A stretch of 62,496 nucleotides of DNA, the filler included, from Chiloscyllium plagiosum (taxonomy: Eukaryota): assembly GCF_004010195.1 (NCBI RefSeq). It is 4 parts of one record of this genome, joined end to end, with 100 filler letters (N's around TTAATTAATTAA, not from the genome) between each part and the next. Parts side by side here need not be neighbours in the genome. Positions count along the whole stretch, not along the records: positions 1 to 30,095 come from NC_057717.1; positions 30,196 to 41,634 come from NC_057717.1; 2 more parts are not named here. One strand, written 5' to 3'. This document shows positions 24,200-37,345 of this stretch, one piece after another; position 1 is the stretch's first letter, and every line of letters begins with the position of its first letter. The translations under genes were made by a program, and so were the position numbers. Under the pieces are notes generated by a model, which did no database searches, was not told the origin of the DNA, and saw nothing but the letters and a program-made list of their open reading frames with translations.

Positions 24200-24969
24200 T
24201 CTCTTTCAAATTTCACAGTAAATGGATAATTTTCCATTACAGTAACTGAGAGGATTCATGAGGGCACAGCGGTAGATGTGATCTATATGGACTTCAGTCA
24301 GGCGTTCGACAAGGTTTCCCATGGGAGACTGATGAGCAAGGTTAGATCTGAAGTATACAGGGAGAACCAGCCATTTGGATACAAAACTGTCTGAACGGTA
24401 AAAGGCAGAGAGTGTTGGTGTAGGGTTGCTTTTCTGACTGGAGGCCTGTGACCAGTGGAGTGCCAAAAGGATCAGTTTAGGACCTTGTTTAGGCCGCTTT
24501 CGGAATATTGCATGCAATTCTGATCTCCTCCGTATCGGAAACATGTTGTCAAACTTGAAAGGGTCCTGAAAATATTTACAAGAATTTTGCCAGCGTTGGA
24601 CGATTTGAGCTTTCGGGAGAGGCTGAACAGGCTGGGGAAGTTTTACATCGAGCGTCGGAGGCTGGGGGGTGACCTTATGGAGTATTACAATGTTATGAGG
24701 GACAGGGATAGGGAAAATAGCCAAAATATTTTCCCGGGTGTGTGTGAGTCCACAATTAGAGGTCATAGTTTTAGGGTGAGAAGTGAATGATATAAGAGAG
24801 ATCTAAGAGACAACTGTTTCACGCAGAGGCTTGTACGTGTATGGAATGACCTGCCAGAGCAAGCGGTGGAGACTGGTACGATTGCATCATGTAAAATGCA
24901 TTTGGAAGAGAATATGAACAGGAAGGGTGAGGAGGAATATGGGCTGGGTGCTGGCAGGTGGGACTAGAT
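24200..24969 (+). mobile_element. CR1 RT/3' fragment
   Basis: VDVIYMDFSQAFDKV; ERLNRLG..ERRRLGGDL. Confidence 0.85.
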
Positions 24970-25929
24970 NNNNNNNNNNNNNNNNNNNNNNNNNNNNNNN
25001 NNNNNNNNNNNNNNNNNNNNNNNNNNNNNNNNNNNNNNNNNNNNNNNNNNNNNNNNNNNNNNNNNNNNNNNNNNNNNNNNNNNNNNNNNNNNNNNNNNNN
25101 NNNNNNNNNNNNNNNNNNNNNNNNNNNNNNNNNNNNNNNNNNNNNNNNNNNNNNNNNNNNNNNNNNNNNNNNNNNNNNNNNNNNNNNNNNNNNNNNNNNN
25201 NNNNNNNNNNNNNNNNNNNNNNNNNNNNNNNNNNNNNNNNNNNNNNNNNNNNNNNNNNNNNNNNNNNNNNNNNNNNNNNNNNNNNNNNNNNNNNNNNNNN
25301 NNNNNNNNNNNNNNNNNNNNNNNNNNNNNNNNNNNNNNNNNNNNNNNNNNNNNNNNNNNNNNNNNNNNNNNNNNNNNNNNNNNNNNNNNNNNNNNNNNNN
25401 NNNNNNNNNNNNNNNNNNNNNNNNNNNNNNNNNNNNNNNNNNNNNNNNNNNNNNNNNNNNNNNNNNNNNTCTGAGCCGTGAGAGATCCGACCCTGGGTGG
25501 CCCCAAACCACCAACTGTTCGATTAATGGATGAACGTGTTGACCATTTACGCAACAAAGACGAGTGAGCTGACTCGTTGCACGATCCATAAAACAGGCTT
25601 TTCACAAATTCAAACTTCAGCCTGTCCTTCCCGAAGCGATCACTATCCTCAATCAGTTTTATTTTTCCAAAATAAATTCATTACATTCACTGTAATGATA
25701 TGGCAACAGTCCTGTACCCTCTGCAAACACATCCATGTCACAGGAACCAACTTTTCTACAACAGCAGTCTGGCTCGCTTCGAGCGTTTTTCGTAACTTGT
25801 GTGTTCCCGAGTTTTCTCGTGATTCTGTAAACGTGGTCTGTTAATAATGATGGGTGAGGGCGCCGTGCGGATGGGCGGGTTGATGTTATGGAGGAAATGT
25901 TGCCACCGATTAGGGTCAGTTTCCAGAGG

Positions 25930-26860
25930 ACTGGGACTGAAGATATTTACTGAATAACGAAATTTGTGTAGAATATATCGAGCCTAAACTCAGGTGAACT
26001 GTCAATTATTTGACACACAGATAAGGAGGACTTTCTGTCTTTCTGAGTTTAGCAAGTCTGCAGAATTCTTTACAATAGAGAGCTGTCAAGGCTGGGTATG
26101 ATCAAGGCTGAGATGGCGAGCCAATTAGTCACATGGGGAATAAAGGGAAACGGGGATAAGGCTGAACTTTGCAGTTGAGAATGAACCAAATCAGATATGA
26201 CCTCATTAAAAGGTGGAGACGACCTGATGGTCCGAATGACTTCCATCTGTTCCAATATCTTGTCTGTCACTTGGAAACCGCGAAAGACCACTGTGAAGAA
26301 AGAAATAGCAGGGCGTTGAGAAAAGTTGATTGGAGTCAAACTGAGTCAACATCATTAGTTGAAAGGAAAAACACACTTGACAACGTTGTCAGAGTTCTTT
26401 GATTATATTACATGCCGAGTTGATCAATTTTTGGTCGGCATTCCATCAGGGACCACATCAAAAGCCATTACACAAGGTAGGAGTTCACGGTGTTGAGTAA
26501 AAAAAAAGCCAGGCTTGTCCGTTGTTTACTTAATGGAAGACACAAAATCTGGATTATTGGGTATTTTTCAAGTTGCAAAGATATAATTACTCAAGTGCTG
26601 GAAAGGTCAGTCATAGGACCTTAATGATTTATATCTGCATTAATGACTTGGACGAATTGGCTGAGTGAAATGTGTCCAGTTTTACTGACGATACACAATA
26701 GTTGGGAGGGCATGTTGGGATGAGGACAGCGGAATCTGGAAATGGACAGACACAGAATCAGTGGGTGGGCAAAATCCTTGTAGGTGCAATTTCATGTCGG
26801 GCGTTTGAGGTCATGAATTTGGTAGGAAGAGTCAAAAGACTGACTCTTTTGGTAAGGCAA
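25930..26860 (+). mobile_element. Old CR1 fragments
   Basis: CR1 3' UTR-like segment at ~26000-26250; degenerate RT (INDLDE, FTDDT) at ~26640-26700. Confidence 0.6.
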
Positions 26861-27004
26861 TGGGACAAATGGGACAGCTAATAAGGACGGTGCTGAACTG
26901 GAGGTTGTGAAGTGGGATAAGGTTGGGGAGGGGAAATGTGGAAACTGGTGAAATCCCAACTGATTCCATGGGGTTAGAGGTTCCCGAAGTGGAGATTTGG
27001 CTTC

Positions 27005-29280
27005 AGAACATAGAACAATACAGCGCAGCACAAGCCCTTTGGCTTTCGATGTTGCGCCGACCTGTGAACTAATCTCAGCTCACCCCCCATACCATCATCA
27101 TCCATGTGCTTATCCAAGAATTGTTTACATCTCTCTAATGTGGCTGAGCTAACGACATCGACAGGCAGAGCATTCCACGCCCTTACTACTCTCTGAGCAA
27201 AGAACCTGTCTCTGACATCTGGCTTAAATCTATAACGCCTCAATTTGTATTTATGACCACCCATACAAGCTGACATCATCATCCTAAGAAAAAGACTTCC
27301 ACTGTCTACCTATCTAATCCTCTTATCATCTTGTAACTCTGTATAAAATCCGTTCTTAGCCTTCTTCTTTCCAATGAGAACAGACCCAAATCTCTCAGAT
27401 TTTCCTCATAAGACTTTCCCTCCAGAACAGGCAATATCCTGTTAACTCTCGTCTGCAACTTTTCCAATCCTTCCACATCCTTCCTGGAATGGGGCGACCA
27501 GGCAGTACAAAATATTCCAAGTGGAACCACACAAGTGTTTTGTATAGATGCAGCATGGCATTATGGCTCAGGAACTCAATCCTCTACCAATGAAACCTAA
27601 AACAACGTATGCCTTCTTAACACCACTATCAACCTGGCTGGAAACTTTCAGGAATCTATGTATATGGACTCCAAGATCCCTCTGCACATCCACATTACCA
27701 AGAATCTTTCCATTAACTCAGTATTCTGCCTTCCTGCTGATGTTCCCAAAGTGAAGCACCTCACATTTAGCTGCATTGAACTTCATTTGCCACCTCTAAG
27801 ACCAATTCTGCAGTTTATCCGAGCTCCCCTGCAAACTGCAACATTTTTCCACACTGTCCAATACTCCACCAACTTTAGTGTTATCTGGAAGCATACTAAT
27901 CCATCTGCTTATGCCTGCGTTTTAGTCATTTATGAAAATGGCAAACAACAGTGGTCCCAAAATAGATCTTTGTGCCATACCATTCGTAACCGGACTCCAG
28001 TCTGAATATTTTCCATTAGCCACCACTTGCTGCCTTCTAACAGAATGTCAGTTTCTAATCCAAACTGCGAAATCATCGTCAATCCCATGCCTCCGCATTT
28101 TCTCCAACAGCCTAACATGTGGAATCTTATCAAAGGCTTTACAGACGTCCATGTACACCACGTCAAGTGCCCTACCCTGATCCACATGTTTGGTCACCTT
28201 CTCAAAAAACTCACGAAACCATATTGACCATCTAAAACCAAATTGTTGCTCGCTGAATGATTGTCAATCCTATCTCTCATAATCCTTTCCATAATTTGTT
28301 CATACAAAAGACATAAGGCTTATTGGTCTATGATTATTTGGATCATCTGTATTATCCTTCTTGAACAAGGCAACAACTTCTGCTTTCCGCCAATCTTCGA
28401 GGGATATTCCTGTCGACAATAACGAAATAAAGATCAAAGGCAAAGGCTCTGCAATCTCCTCCCTGGCTTTCCAGGAAATTCTTGGATAGGTCCCATCCGA
28501 CCCAGGGGACTTACTTATTTTCACACCTACCAGAATTGTTAACAAGTCCTCCTTGTAAACCTCAGTCCCATCTAGTCTAATAGCCTGTATCTCAGATTCT
28601 CCTCGACAACGTTGATCTAATTCAATATGAATACTAACGAAAGTTATTCATTTGGCGCCTTCATATCTCCTCTGACTCCACACACAATTCGTCACTACTA
28701 TCTTTGATTCGTCCTAATCTTCCTCTCTTCTTTCTTTTATTCCCCGTATACACGTAGAAATACTTCGGGTTTTCTAAGATTCTATCCGCGAACAATTTCT
28801 CATATCCACTCCTGGCTCTGCTGGACTCTCTGTTCAGGTCTTTCCTAACTAACTTATAACTCTCAATCGCCCTAACTGAGCCTTCACGTCAAACCCTAAC
28901 ATAAGCGTTCTTCTTTCTCTTAACATGAGCTTCAACTTCTTTAGTAAGCCACGCCTGCTTCGCTCGACAACTTATTTCATGCCTGACAGGTACATACTCA
29001 TCAAGTACATGCAATAGCAGTTCCATGAGTAAGTTCCACATTTCAATTGTGGTCATCCCATCCGTTTACTTCCACATCCAGTGCATACTAAATCTTGCCA
29101 AATCGCATCATAATTGCCTTTCCGTCAGCCATGAGACTGTCCCTGCAGTATGTAACTATCCCTTTCTATTGCTTAATAAACATAACCGAATTGTGTTTGC
29201 GATCACGAAATTGCTCACCGACTTCCAAATCTAACCCCTGGCCTACCCATTACCTCGTACCAAATCCAATGTTGCCTGTG
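27005..29280 (-). mobile_element. CR1 LINE with internal deletions
   Basis: KSPGSDG, HRPISL, LFSLERRRL, FFAQRVV; agaacatagaaca tail at 27005. Confidence 0.9.
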
Positions 29281-29406
29281 ACTGTTAGTAAGAGGCAGTC
29301 TGGCCGCAGGTTTTGGACCTGTGTTGAGGATGAGACAGGAATTCATTAAATTTGATAGGGACAAATAGTTTTTCAGCTCATCTCCCTCTGTTTCCCTGAC
29401 TCGCAG

Positions 29407-29481
29407 GAGATTATTATCATTTGGCGCAGGAATTCACCGATGATATCTTTGGTTGCTTCAAATCTTCTGAACACTGTGCAA
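29407..29481 (+). other. Candidate 75-nt internal exon of an unidentified gene
   Basis: Pyrimidine tract plus CAG acceptor, GTGAGT donor, length divisible by 3, two open frames (EIIIIWRRNSPMISLVASNLLNTVQ or DYYHLAQEFTDDIFGCFKSSEHCA). Confidence 0.45.
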
Positions 29482-29589
29482 GTGAGTAAAACAGTGCACC
29501 AGGACCAGGCTCCAATGAGAGAGCCAAGACAGCATGCATTGTCGGAGCGCCAGAACTGACGGAATGGTGCTTTCTCTTTCCAACACAAA

Positions 29590-29892
29590 AAGTTAGTGCT
29601 GAAAGAGCGGCGCTTTTGGACGGTCAGTGCTGTGGGAGCTGACTCTGTCAGAGCATCAGTGCTGAGGATGCAGATACTCTCAGATGGTTAGCGCTGAAGG
29701 ACCGGTTACTGTAACAGGATCAATGCTGAGAGAGTGGGCACTGTCAGAGGGTTAGTATTTAGGGAGCAGGTACTGTTGGAGTGTCAGTACTGAGCGAGAG
29801 AGTACTGTCACATGGTCATTGTTGAGTAAGTACCATCGTCGCCCGTTCAGTGTCGGGGGAGTGAGTGCTATCGGAGTGACAGTGCTGAGGGA
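29590..29892 (+). repeat. Degenerate minisatellite (tcagtgctgag/actgtcagaggg units); second copy at ~41110-41412
   Basis: Recurrent ~25-30 nt units. Confidence 0.7.
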
Positions 29893-30095
29893 TTGTATAT
29901 AAAATAATTCATGCAAATATTTCCAGAAATAAAATGTCAAATGTCAGCTTGATATGCAAACTGTCCATCAAATCATTCAATGGCAAGTCCGAACATAAAT
30001 ACATTATCAAAAACCTCTCTCATGTTTGAGGACACACGCATCCTGCCTGTCTTTGTCACACATACGCTGCCTGTCTGGTCACATACATCATTCCT

Positions 30096-30195
30096 NNNNN
30101 NNNNNNNNNNNNNNNNNNNNNNNNNNNNNNNNNNNNNNNTTAATTAATTAANNNNNNNNNNNNNNNNNNNNNNNNNNNNNNNNNNNNNNNNNNNN
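30096..30195. other. Artificial contig-joining spacer
   Basis: 44 N + TTAATTAATTAA (30140-30151) + 44 N. Confidence 0.95.
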
Positions 30196-30203
30196 CCTCA
30201 TTC

Positions 30204-30231
30204 CTGAAGAAGGGCTTATGCCCGAAACGTC
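30204..30231 (+). ncRNA. Minimal hammerhead motif in PLE pLTR (family B)
   Basis: CTGAAGA-A-GGGC-TTAT-GCCC-GAAA-CGTC. Confidence 0.7.
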
Positions 30232-30939
30232 GATTCTCCTGCTCCTTGGATGCTGCCTGACCTGCTGCACTTTTCCAGTGTACTACTGCACGGGTCCATA
30301 GACATAGACATACGTTTATAAGTCGAGGCAAAGATTGTAAGAACTCTATTAGTCTTTGGTTAGGTCAATATGGACACCACATTTCAAGAGGGAGGGAATC
30401 GCGCTGAAGAATGTGCAATGGAAATTCATGATGGTGTTCTTTGAAAAGAAGCATGTTAGCAATTAAGAGACATAGGATTGCTCGGAATCGGTGGCTTCGG
30501 AGATGAGAAGGCTGATGGGGCATATCTTATGGACATAACATCACTAGAATCATGGACAGGGTGGGCACAACGCAACACATTTATTCAACGATACATTTAT
30601 GCGTCTTATTTTTCCCATCAGTTTCCATACAACTGCTCTGATACTATCGTCTATATTTTCAGAGTTTGTATGCACCATCCTTCCTGTAAAATGGAACCAC
30701 ATGAGCTAGTCTCCAGTTCTGTAGAACCTCCCAGAAAGCCATATTCCAAGAAAATAAAATTTGGGTCAGGGCCTTTCCTCCTTTGACTCCCCATCACTAT
30801 TGAGATATAACTCAAGTGCACTTGGAGATTGTCCAATTTTATGTTCACCCAAGCAATCAATTTGTGCCCGCATTTTCTATCATTCTGCTCAAGCTGTTAA
30901 CAGACCATCTTCTGGTATTCTATATCGGCATTCTCATTC

Positions 30940-31250
30940 ATAGAAACAAAGAAATCCAATAGTGTGGAAACGGGCCATTCGGCCCAACAAGTCACATCAA
31001 CCCACACAGCATCACAATTGTACTTCATTTCCATTGACTAAAGAGCTATAGTATAACTCCTTGAACACAACGGGCAATTTAGGATGGTCAATTCACCGAA
31101 CCAGCATGTGCAGGGAAACCAGAGCTTCCAAAGGAAATCACTCAGAGAGAATATGCAAACTCCGCAGACAAAGTCACCTGAGGCTGGACTCAATTCCCAG
31201 TCACTGGTGCTGTGAGACAGTTGTGCTATCGTCTGAGCCGTGTGCTGCTC
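30940..31250 (-). mobile_element. HE1/V-SINE
   Basis: gtgtggaaacgggccattcggccc tail; ggcaatttag; agaatatgcaaactcc central domain. Confidence 0.75.
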
Positions 31251-31256
31251 AAAAGA

Positions 31257-31327
31257 TGCATTGACCTGGAAAAGAAACTGGGTGTCGCACATGGCAGGCG
31301 AGAATTCTACCACTGAAAAATCAATGC
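31257..31327 (-). pseudogene. tRNA-Gly(GCC) pseudogene
   Basis: RC GCATTGATTTTTCAGTGGTAGAATTCTCGCCTGCCATGTGCG..CAATGCA; acceptor ends kept, T-arm destroyed. Confidence 0.85.
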
Positions 31328-31959
31328 AACGAAGAAAGGAAATGTGAAGCATCCATGTAACAATTGATCAATGTTCTTCAGCTTCACAGGATTACTGCCA
31401 CTTCAATATCTTGCCCTCACTGTTCCCTGGATATCATGTTCAGCTCGACGAACATGTAGAAAATTTTAAGATTATGCCTTAACTTGACTGCTGCGCTTGT
31501 CCGTGCCCCTCGTTGGGCTGTCTCCTCCGTGTGTATTTTCACGATTTCATTGCTATACTTTGAAGTAAGTTTATAACTTTAATAAATGGGCGCTTTTAGT
31601 CATACTTTGTAACACTACAGATCACAGATCGAGTTTCTTCATCAGAAAACGTTGCCTTCTTGAGAGATTAATCTGGAAACTTCCCATCACACTCTTTCTT
31701 TGGTCGTGATAATTTTTTTTCTCAGGTTAGGACATCTCAACTGTCCGCATTATACCAGGTACAGTCTCACCAAATCTCCATGCACTGCACATTCCAATTC
31801 CGTTCAAATGTAGGGAAAACTTAATTTTACTTTTCTATTTATGTATGATCTTCTGAATAATCTTTGTTTTAATTTTATTCACTAACTCACTATGTGAGTT
31901 CCTGAAAAATCCATCTGAGTATTCAAATGCCCCACATTTACTGCTTCTCAATTATTGGA

Positions 31960-32330
31960 AAAACAATGCCTCATCTTCCGCCGGGGCACTCTACAGCCCG
32001 TAGTACACAATATTGAGTTCTCCAATTTCAAAAAATCTCCCTCCCCTTTCCCCAAATATCTTGTCAGCCCCTCCCAACGCCTTCCAGCGCTCCTTGCAAC
32101 CAAACGGATTCATTCCTCCCCATGACCAACAAGGTTGTCCCCTCCATCTATCTGCGCTTCCCCACCATGCTCCGACTCTCCCTGCATCTGGAGTTCCCAA
32201 CTAAACCCACCCCCACATCTGAGATTGGATTCCACATGAAACATCATTTTCCTCGCCTCCTCAGGCAGCCTGGCTTGCTGTGTTGTTCCAGACTCCTGCC
32301 TTTACTACGAAAGAAATGGTGGTTCTGATT
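31960..32330 (+). mobile_element. Rearranged PLE fragments (family B)
   Basis: LIFRRGTLQP..IEFSNF C-terminal motif; gcagcctggcttgctgtgttgttccag pLTR piece. Confidence 0.6.
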
Positions 32331-32509
32331 TCCATCTCATAATTCAATTATCATGTCCTCCAGTTTTGCTGTTAATTCCTAAAAATCGAACATTACGTTC
32401 TTTAGACAAGATCCCAGCAGCCTCCCCCCAGACGATGACAAGTGTCACGGATCTGTACTTTGCCACACCTTCTCTTCTGCCTTGATTGACAGTTCGGGTC
32501 GCGTGTGGG

Positions 32510-33850
32510 GACTTTGGGTTAGTGAGCCTAACATCTGTCCGATACAGGTTACTTGAGAAGATTTTTAAGGATAGGATGTCGATATATTTCGAAAGACAGG
32601 GTTTGATTCGGAGTAATCAGCATGGTTTTGTGCGTGTAAAATCATGCATCACAACTTTATTAGCGTTCTTTAATGAAATGACCAGGAAGCTTGATGAGGG
32701 CACGCGCAGTTTACATGAATTTCAGTGAGGCCCAAGAGAAGGTTTACATGGTAAGTTGCTCTGGAATCCTGAGGGAGTGGCAAATTAGATACACAATTGC
32801 CTTGATGGCAGGAAGCAGAGTATATGCTTATTGGACTGGAAACCTGTGAATGCTGGTGTCGCTCGGGGGATCTGGTACATTGCTGTTGCTTATCTGAATC
32901 AATAATTTCAGTGCAACAGCATAAGGCATGATTCATACTTCTGGAGATGACTTTAAAATAGGTGGCGCTGCGGGTAGTGAGAAAGTTTATCATACAATGC
33001 AATGAGAACTTGACCACCTGCAGAAGTTGACCAAGAAAAAGGGCAATGAAGTTGTGCTTCGCGTAGCGTGAAGCGCTGTGTTTTGGAAAGTCAAATCAAG
33101 GCAGGAATTTCCTGGTGAATGGTAGCGCCTGAAGGACTGAAGTAGAACAGAGGGACTTTGGTGTAAGATGAACGGTTCTCTGAAAGGGGAATCACGACTG
33201 CACAGGGGAGTGAAAAAAGGCTTTTGGCAGGCTGGTCGTCCTCATCCAGGGCATTGAGTATTAAACTGGAAAGTTATATTGCAGTTGTACACGATGTTGC
33301 TATTGCCGCCCTTGAGGTATTATTTGCTGTTTTTGGACCTTGTTTTATGAAAGATCTTACTAAATTGGAAAGAGTGCAAAAGAAACTTACAAGGATGTTG
33401 ACAGAAACCAATGGTGTGCATCGTAGGGAGCGATAGGAAAAGCTCTTGACAGTGTAGAAGAGCGAGGTGGAAATCTTATACAAATGTATAAAATTATGAG
33501 AGATGTGGATAAGGTGACTTCACTCACCTCTTTCCAGGGTTGTGGAATCGAGGACATGAGGGTGGCAATTTCAGATCAGAGGGAAAAGAATAAAAGGGAT
33601 CCTGAGATGCAAGGTTTTCACACAGTCCATGATACGCATACAGAATGAACTTCTCGCGGTTGCAGTCGATGTGGGTATATTAAATAACAATTAAAATACA
33701 TTTGGACAAATAAGAGATAGAAAACATTTTGAAGGATATGGCCCAAATGCAGGCAAAACTGGTTAACATGGATGAACATTTCGCTCAGCATCGACCAGTT
33801 GGGGCCAAAGGACCTGCGTTCGTGTTATATGACTCTATGGTGCTATGTAT
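32510..33850 (+). mobile_element. CR1 RT and 3' end, degraded
   Basis: VSLTS, NQHGFV, LERVQKKLTRML. Confidence 0.85.
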
Positions 33851-34439
33851 ATCTGGCCCATCAGACCGATCAATGCCCGATGTAGCACCTTTTTAAAGTG
33901 CTACGTTGTTACTGATATTAATAATTTTCCTCTTCATTTACGACAGTCCCATGGCCATGAGATTTTCTGGATCTTCCACCACATTAAATGCTACAGCTGT
34001 ACAGGGTGCTGGTGAGGCCACACCTGGCACATTGGGTGGAGATCTGGTCTCTTTAGTTGAGGAAGGATGTAGTGGCACTCGACGGTTTTGCAGAGGTGGT
34101 TCCCTAAGTTGGTTCCGGAGTTGAGGAGATTGGCCTTTGAGGAGAGATGAAGTGAACTCAGATTATCTTGATTGGAATTCCGAAAGAAACACATCACATT
34201 ATGAAGGGAATAAATAACATCTCTTCAGAAAGGAAATTTCCAATGACAAGTAAAACGAGTGCATGTCGGCACAGCCTCAATATTAGCGTCCAAAATCGAG
34301 CATCACCTTGAAGGTGTGGTTGGGCACTTGGATACTGAGGAGGGAGGACGTCGGAGGACAGGTAAGCAGAAACAAGATGCAAAAAGGAAGGATTATTCAG
34401 GAGTTATTATGAGAGACGTTGGTAATCATGAGGGTAAGA

Positions 34440-37345
34440 AAGCTATCATGAAGGCAGTTTACCAAAATGATCGCAGCAATTGGTACAAGGTTGAAGATGT
34501 AAAGGCACAAATCATCACGAATGAATATGCTTTAGTAGCCATTACGGAGAGATGGTTACAAGATGGTCATGACTGGGAGTTAAATATCCAGGGCTTTCAG
34601 ATTATTCGGAAGGACAATCAGTGGAGTCTGATATTCAAGAACGACTTCAAAGCGGTACTGTGAGATGGTGTGGGTTCGATCGAGAATGAATTTGATTCCA
34701 TTTTGTTGGAAATTAGAAATTCTAAGAAGAAACGTAGACTTGTAGGTGTAGTCTGTAGACCACCAAATAAACGATTACATTGGGAAGGTCAATAAACAAA
34801 GAAATAAGTAACGCCATTGAAAATGGGGTGGCTATTATCATTGGGGATTTTAATCGACATGTAGCTTGGTTGAACTAGCTCATTCAGTGTTGCCTTGAGG
34901 AGGGCTTTGTTGGATTTAATCGTGATGGTTTTCTTGAACAGTATGTCAAAGAAACGACGAGGACTCAAGCTATTGTCCATCTGGCCCTCAGTAGTGAGGC
35001 ACGAACAATTAATTACCTCATCGTTAAGGATCCTCTTGGAAGGAGTGATCACAGTATGGTTGAATTTAGAATGCAGATGGAGAGTGTGAGGGTACAATCC
35101 AATGCCAGATTCCTGTGCATGTACAAGGGGCTCGACAATAGAACGGGGATGCCCTGGCTAAAATAGAATGAAAACAAAAAGTTTATGGTAGTACACCTGA
35201 TGAGCAGAACTTTCAACCAAACTTTTCAAAGTACTCAGCAAAATAATATTCCAGTGAAAAGGATGACTGTAAGAAAAGGGGTAATCTGCCATGTACGTCT
35301 CAAGAAATAAAAAAGACTATCAAATTGAAGGAGAAGGCATACAAAGTGGTCAAAATTACCATGAAACTGGAAGATTTGAAAAGCTTTCAATGCCAAAGGT
35401 AAGCCACAAAAAGTGCTGTAAAGAACCATAAGAAAGAACATGAGAAAAAAAGTCTAGCACAGAATATAAAGACGTTTAGCAGAAGATTTTACAAAAAAAA
35501 ACTGAAAAAGAGTGATTAAAGTAAACTTTGGTCCTTTAGCCATTTAGTTATGGGATGTGATAAAATGGCTCAGGAATTGAACAGATTTTTTTTATCGTTC
35601 ATCACAGTGGAAGACACTAATACATTCCAGTAATTGATAAATAATCGGAGGTTGGTGAGGACCTGGAAACAATCTTTCTTAGGGAAAAGCAATTGTTTGG
35701 AAAAGTAATGCAGCGAAGGATAGAATGTCTCGTGGCCATGATGGAAGGTATTCCAGGTTGCTAAAAGAGTTGACCGTGAAAGTAACAGGTGCACTGGCAG
35801 TAATTTTTCAAATTCGCTGGACTCTGGGGCAATTAGAGCAGATTGGAATGCAGTAAATATGGCGTCACTATTTAAAAGTAGGTAGGCGGATAAGACAAGG
35901 GGTTATAGACCAATTAGATTGAACAGACACACCATGGATTCATGAAGGACAGGTTATGCTTGACAAATCTTCTGATATTCGATGAAAACATGTCAAGTAT
36001 GGTGGGCAATGGGTACTCAGAGATGTGGTGTACCTAGATTTCCAAAACAAAACATCGAAAAGGTGCTGTACAAGAGGCTGATGCATAAGGTAATGATGCA
36101 TGATGTTCGTGGTCGAGAACAAGCATGTTGAGAGGCTTGGTTAACTAACAGGAAGCAAAATGTGGTGATAAATGAGTACTATTCTGGCTGGAAATCAGTG
36201 AGTAGTGTGTGCCTCAGTGATGGGTTTTGGGACTGCAATTATTTACAATTTATATTGACAATTTGGAGTTGGGGACAACGTGTAGCACGTCCAAATTTAC
36301 ACATGACACGGCGATGAATGGCAGAGGACGGTGCGCAAAGGACTGTGAAACGTTTTAGAGGAATATAGATACATTGACTGAGTCGGCAAAAGTCTGGCAG
36401 AAGAACTGTGATGTCATCAATTTTGGTAGAAGTTTGAGAAAAAGTGGTTATTACTTGTCTATTGAAATGTTGAAGCGTGCTGCTGTGCAGAGGGACCTGG
36501 TTGTGCTTGTACATGAATCTCAAAGGGATAGTCTGCAGTTATCACGTGTAATTGGGTAGGCAAATGGAATGTTGTCTTTCCTTACGAAAGAGGATGAGTT
36601 TATAAGAAGAGAGGTTATGTTGCAGCTGTACAGGGTGCTGGTGGCGACATAATTAGATTACTGTGAGCAGGTTAGGTCTCCTTACTTGAGAAGGAATGGA
36701 CTGACATTGGAAGGGGCACAGAAGAGGTTCACTGGGATAATGCCGGAGTTGAGGGGGGTCGGGTTATGGGAGAGACTGAGTAAATTGGGATTATGTTCAT
36801 TGCAATTCAGAAGAATGAGGAGAGATCTGACACAAATATGCACAATTTTGAAGGGAATAGGTAAGATAAAAGTGGAAAGGATGGTTCTACTGACGGGTGA
36901 AAATTAGACAACAGGGCATAGCCTCCAGATTAGAGGGAGCAGATTCAGCACTGAATTGAGAAGGAACATTTTTAACCAAAGAATTGTTACTCTTTGGAAT
37001 CCTTGATAACTGATGTAGGGCTTTTGCCCAAAACAACAATTTTTTCTGCTCATCGGATGATGTCTGAAAGACTGCGCGTTTTGCAGCACAGTGCTCTTAG
37101 GTCGAATCGCGAACATATGCGATCCTCACTTTCAAAGTTGGAATTGTTCCCAGCGAAGTAGTTTACACCACTTCAGTCAACCGTTTTAAGGCTAAGAACT
37201 TACTTTTGAACAATAAAGGAAATAAGGGATAGACTGAAAGGACGGGTAAATGGATCTGAGCGCACGAAATGATCAGCCATGAACATATTGAATGGTGGAG
37301 CAGGCACGAATGGCTGTAGGTCTTACTCCTGCTTATAATTATAAT
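34440..37345 (+). mobile_element. CR1 ORF2 (endonuclease to 3' tail), degraded
   Basis: VAITERWL, IGDFN, HGF..RLCLTNL, YLDF, VQRDL, FRRMRRDL; small degenerate pLTR inserted at ~37005-37095. Confidence 0.9.

Larger units (their letters stand above)
28200..30095 (+). repeat. ~1.9 kb duplicated block, copy 1 (copy 2 at 39731-41616)
   Basis: Collinear high identity including CR1 breakpoints, unique segment and satellite. Confidence 0.95.

Noticed and set aside
29590..29892. CRISPR-like repeat-spacer pattern
   Set aside because: Degenerate eukaryotic minisatellite without constant repeats or cas genes.
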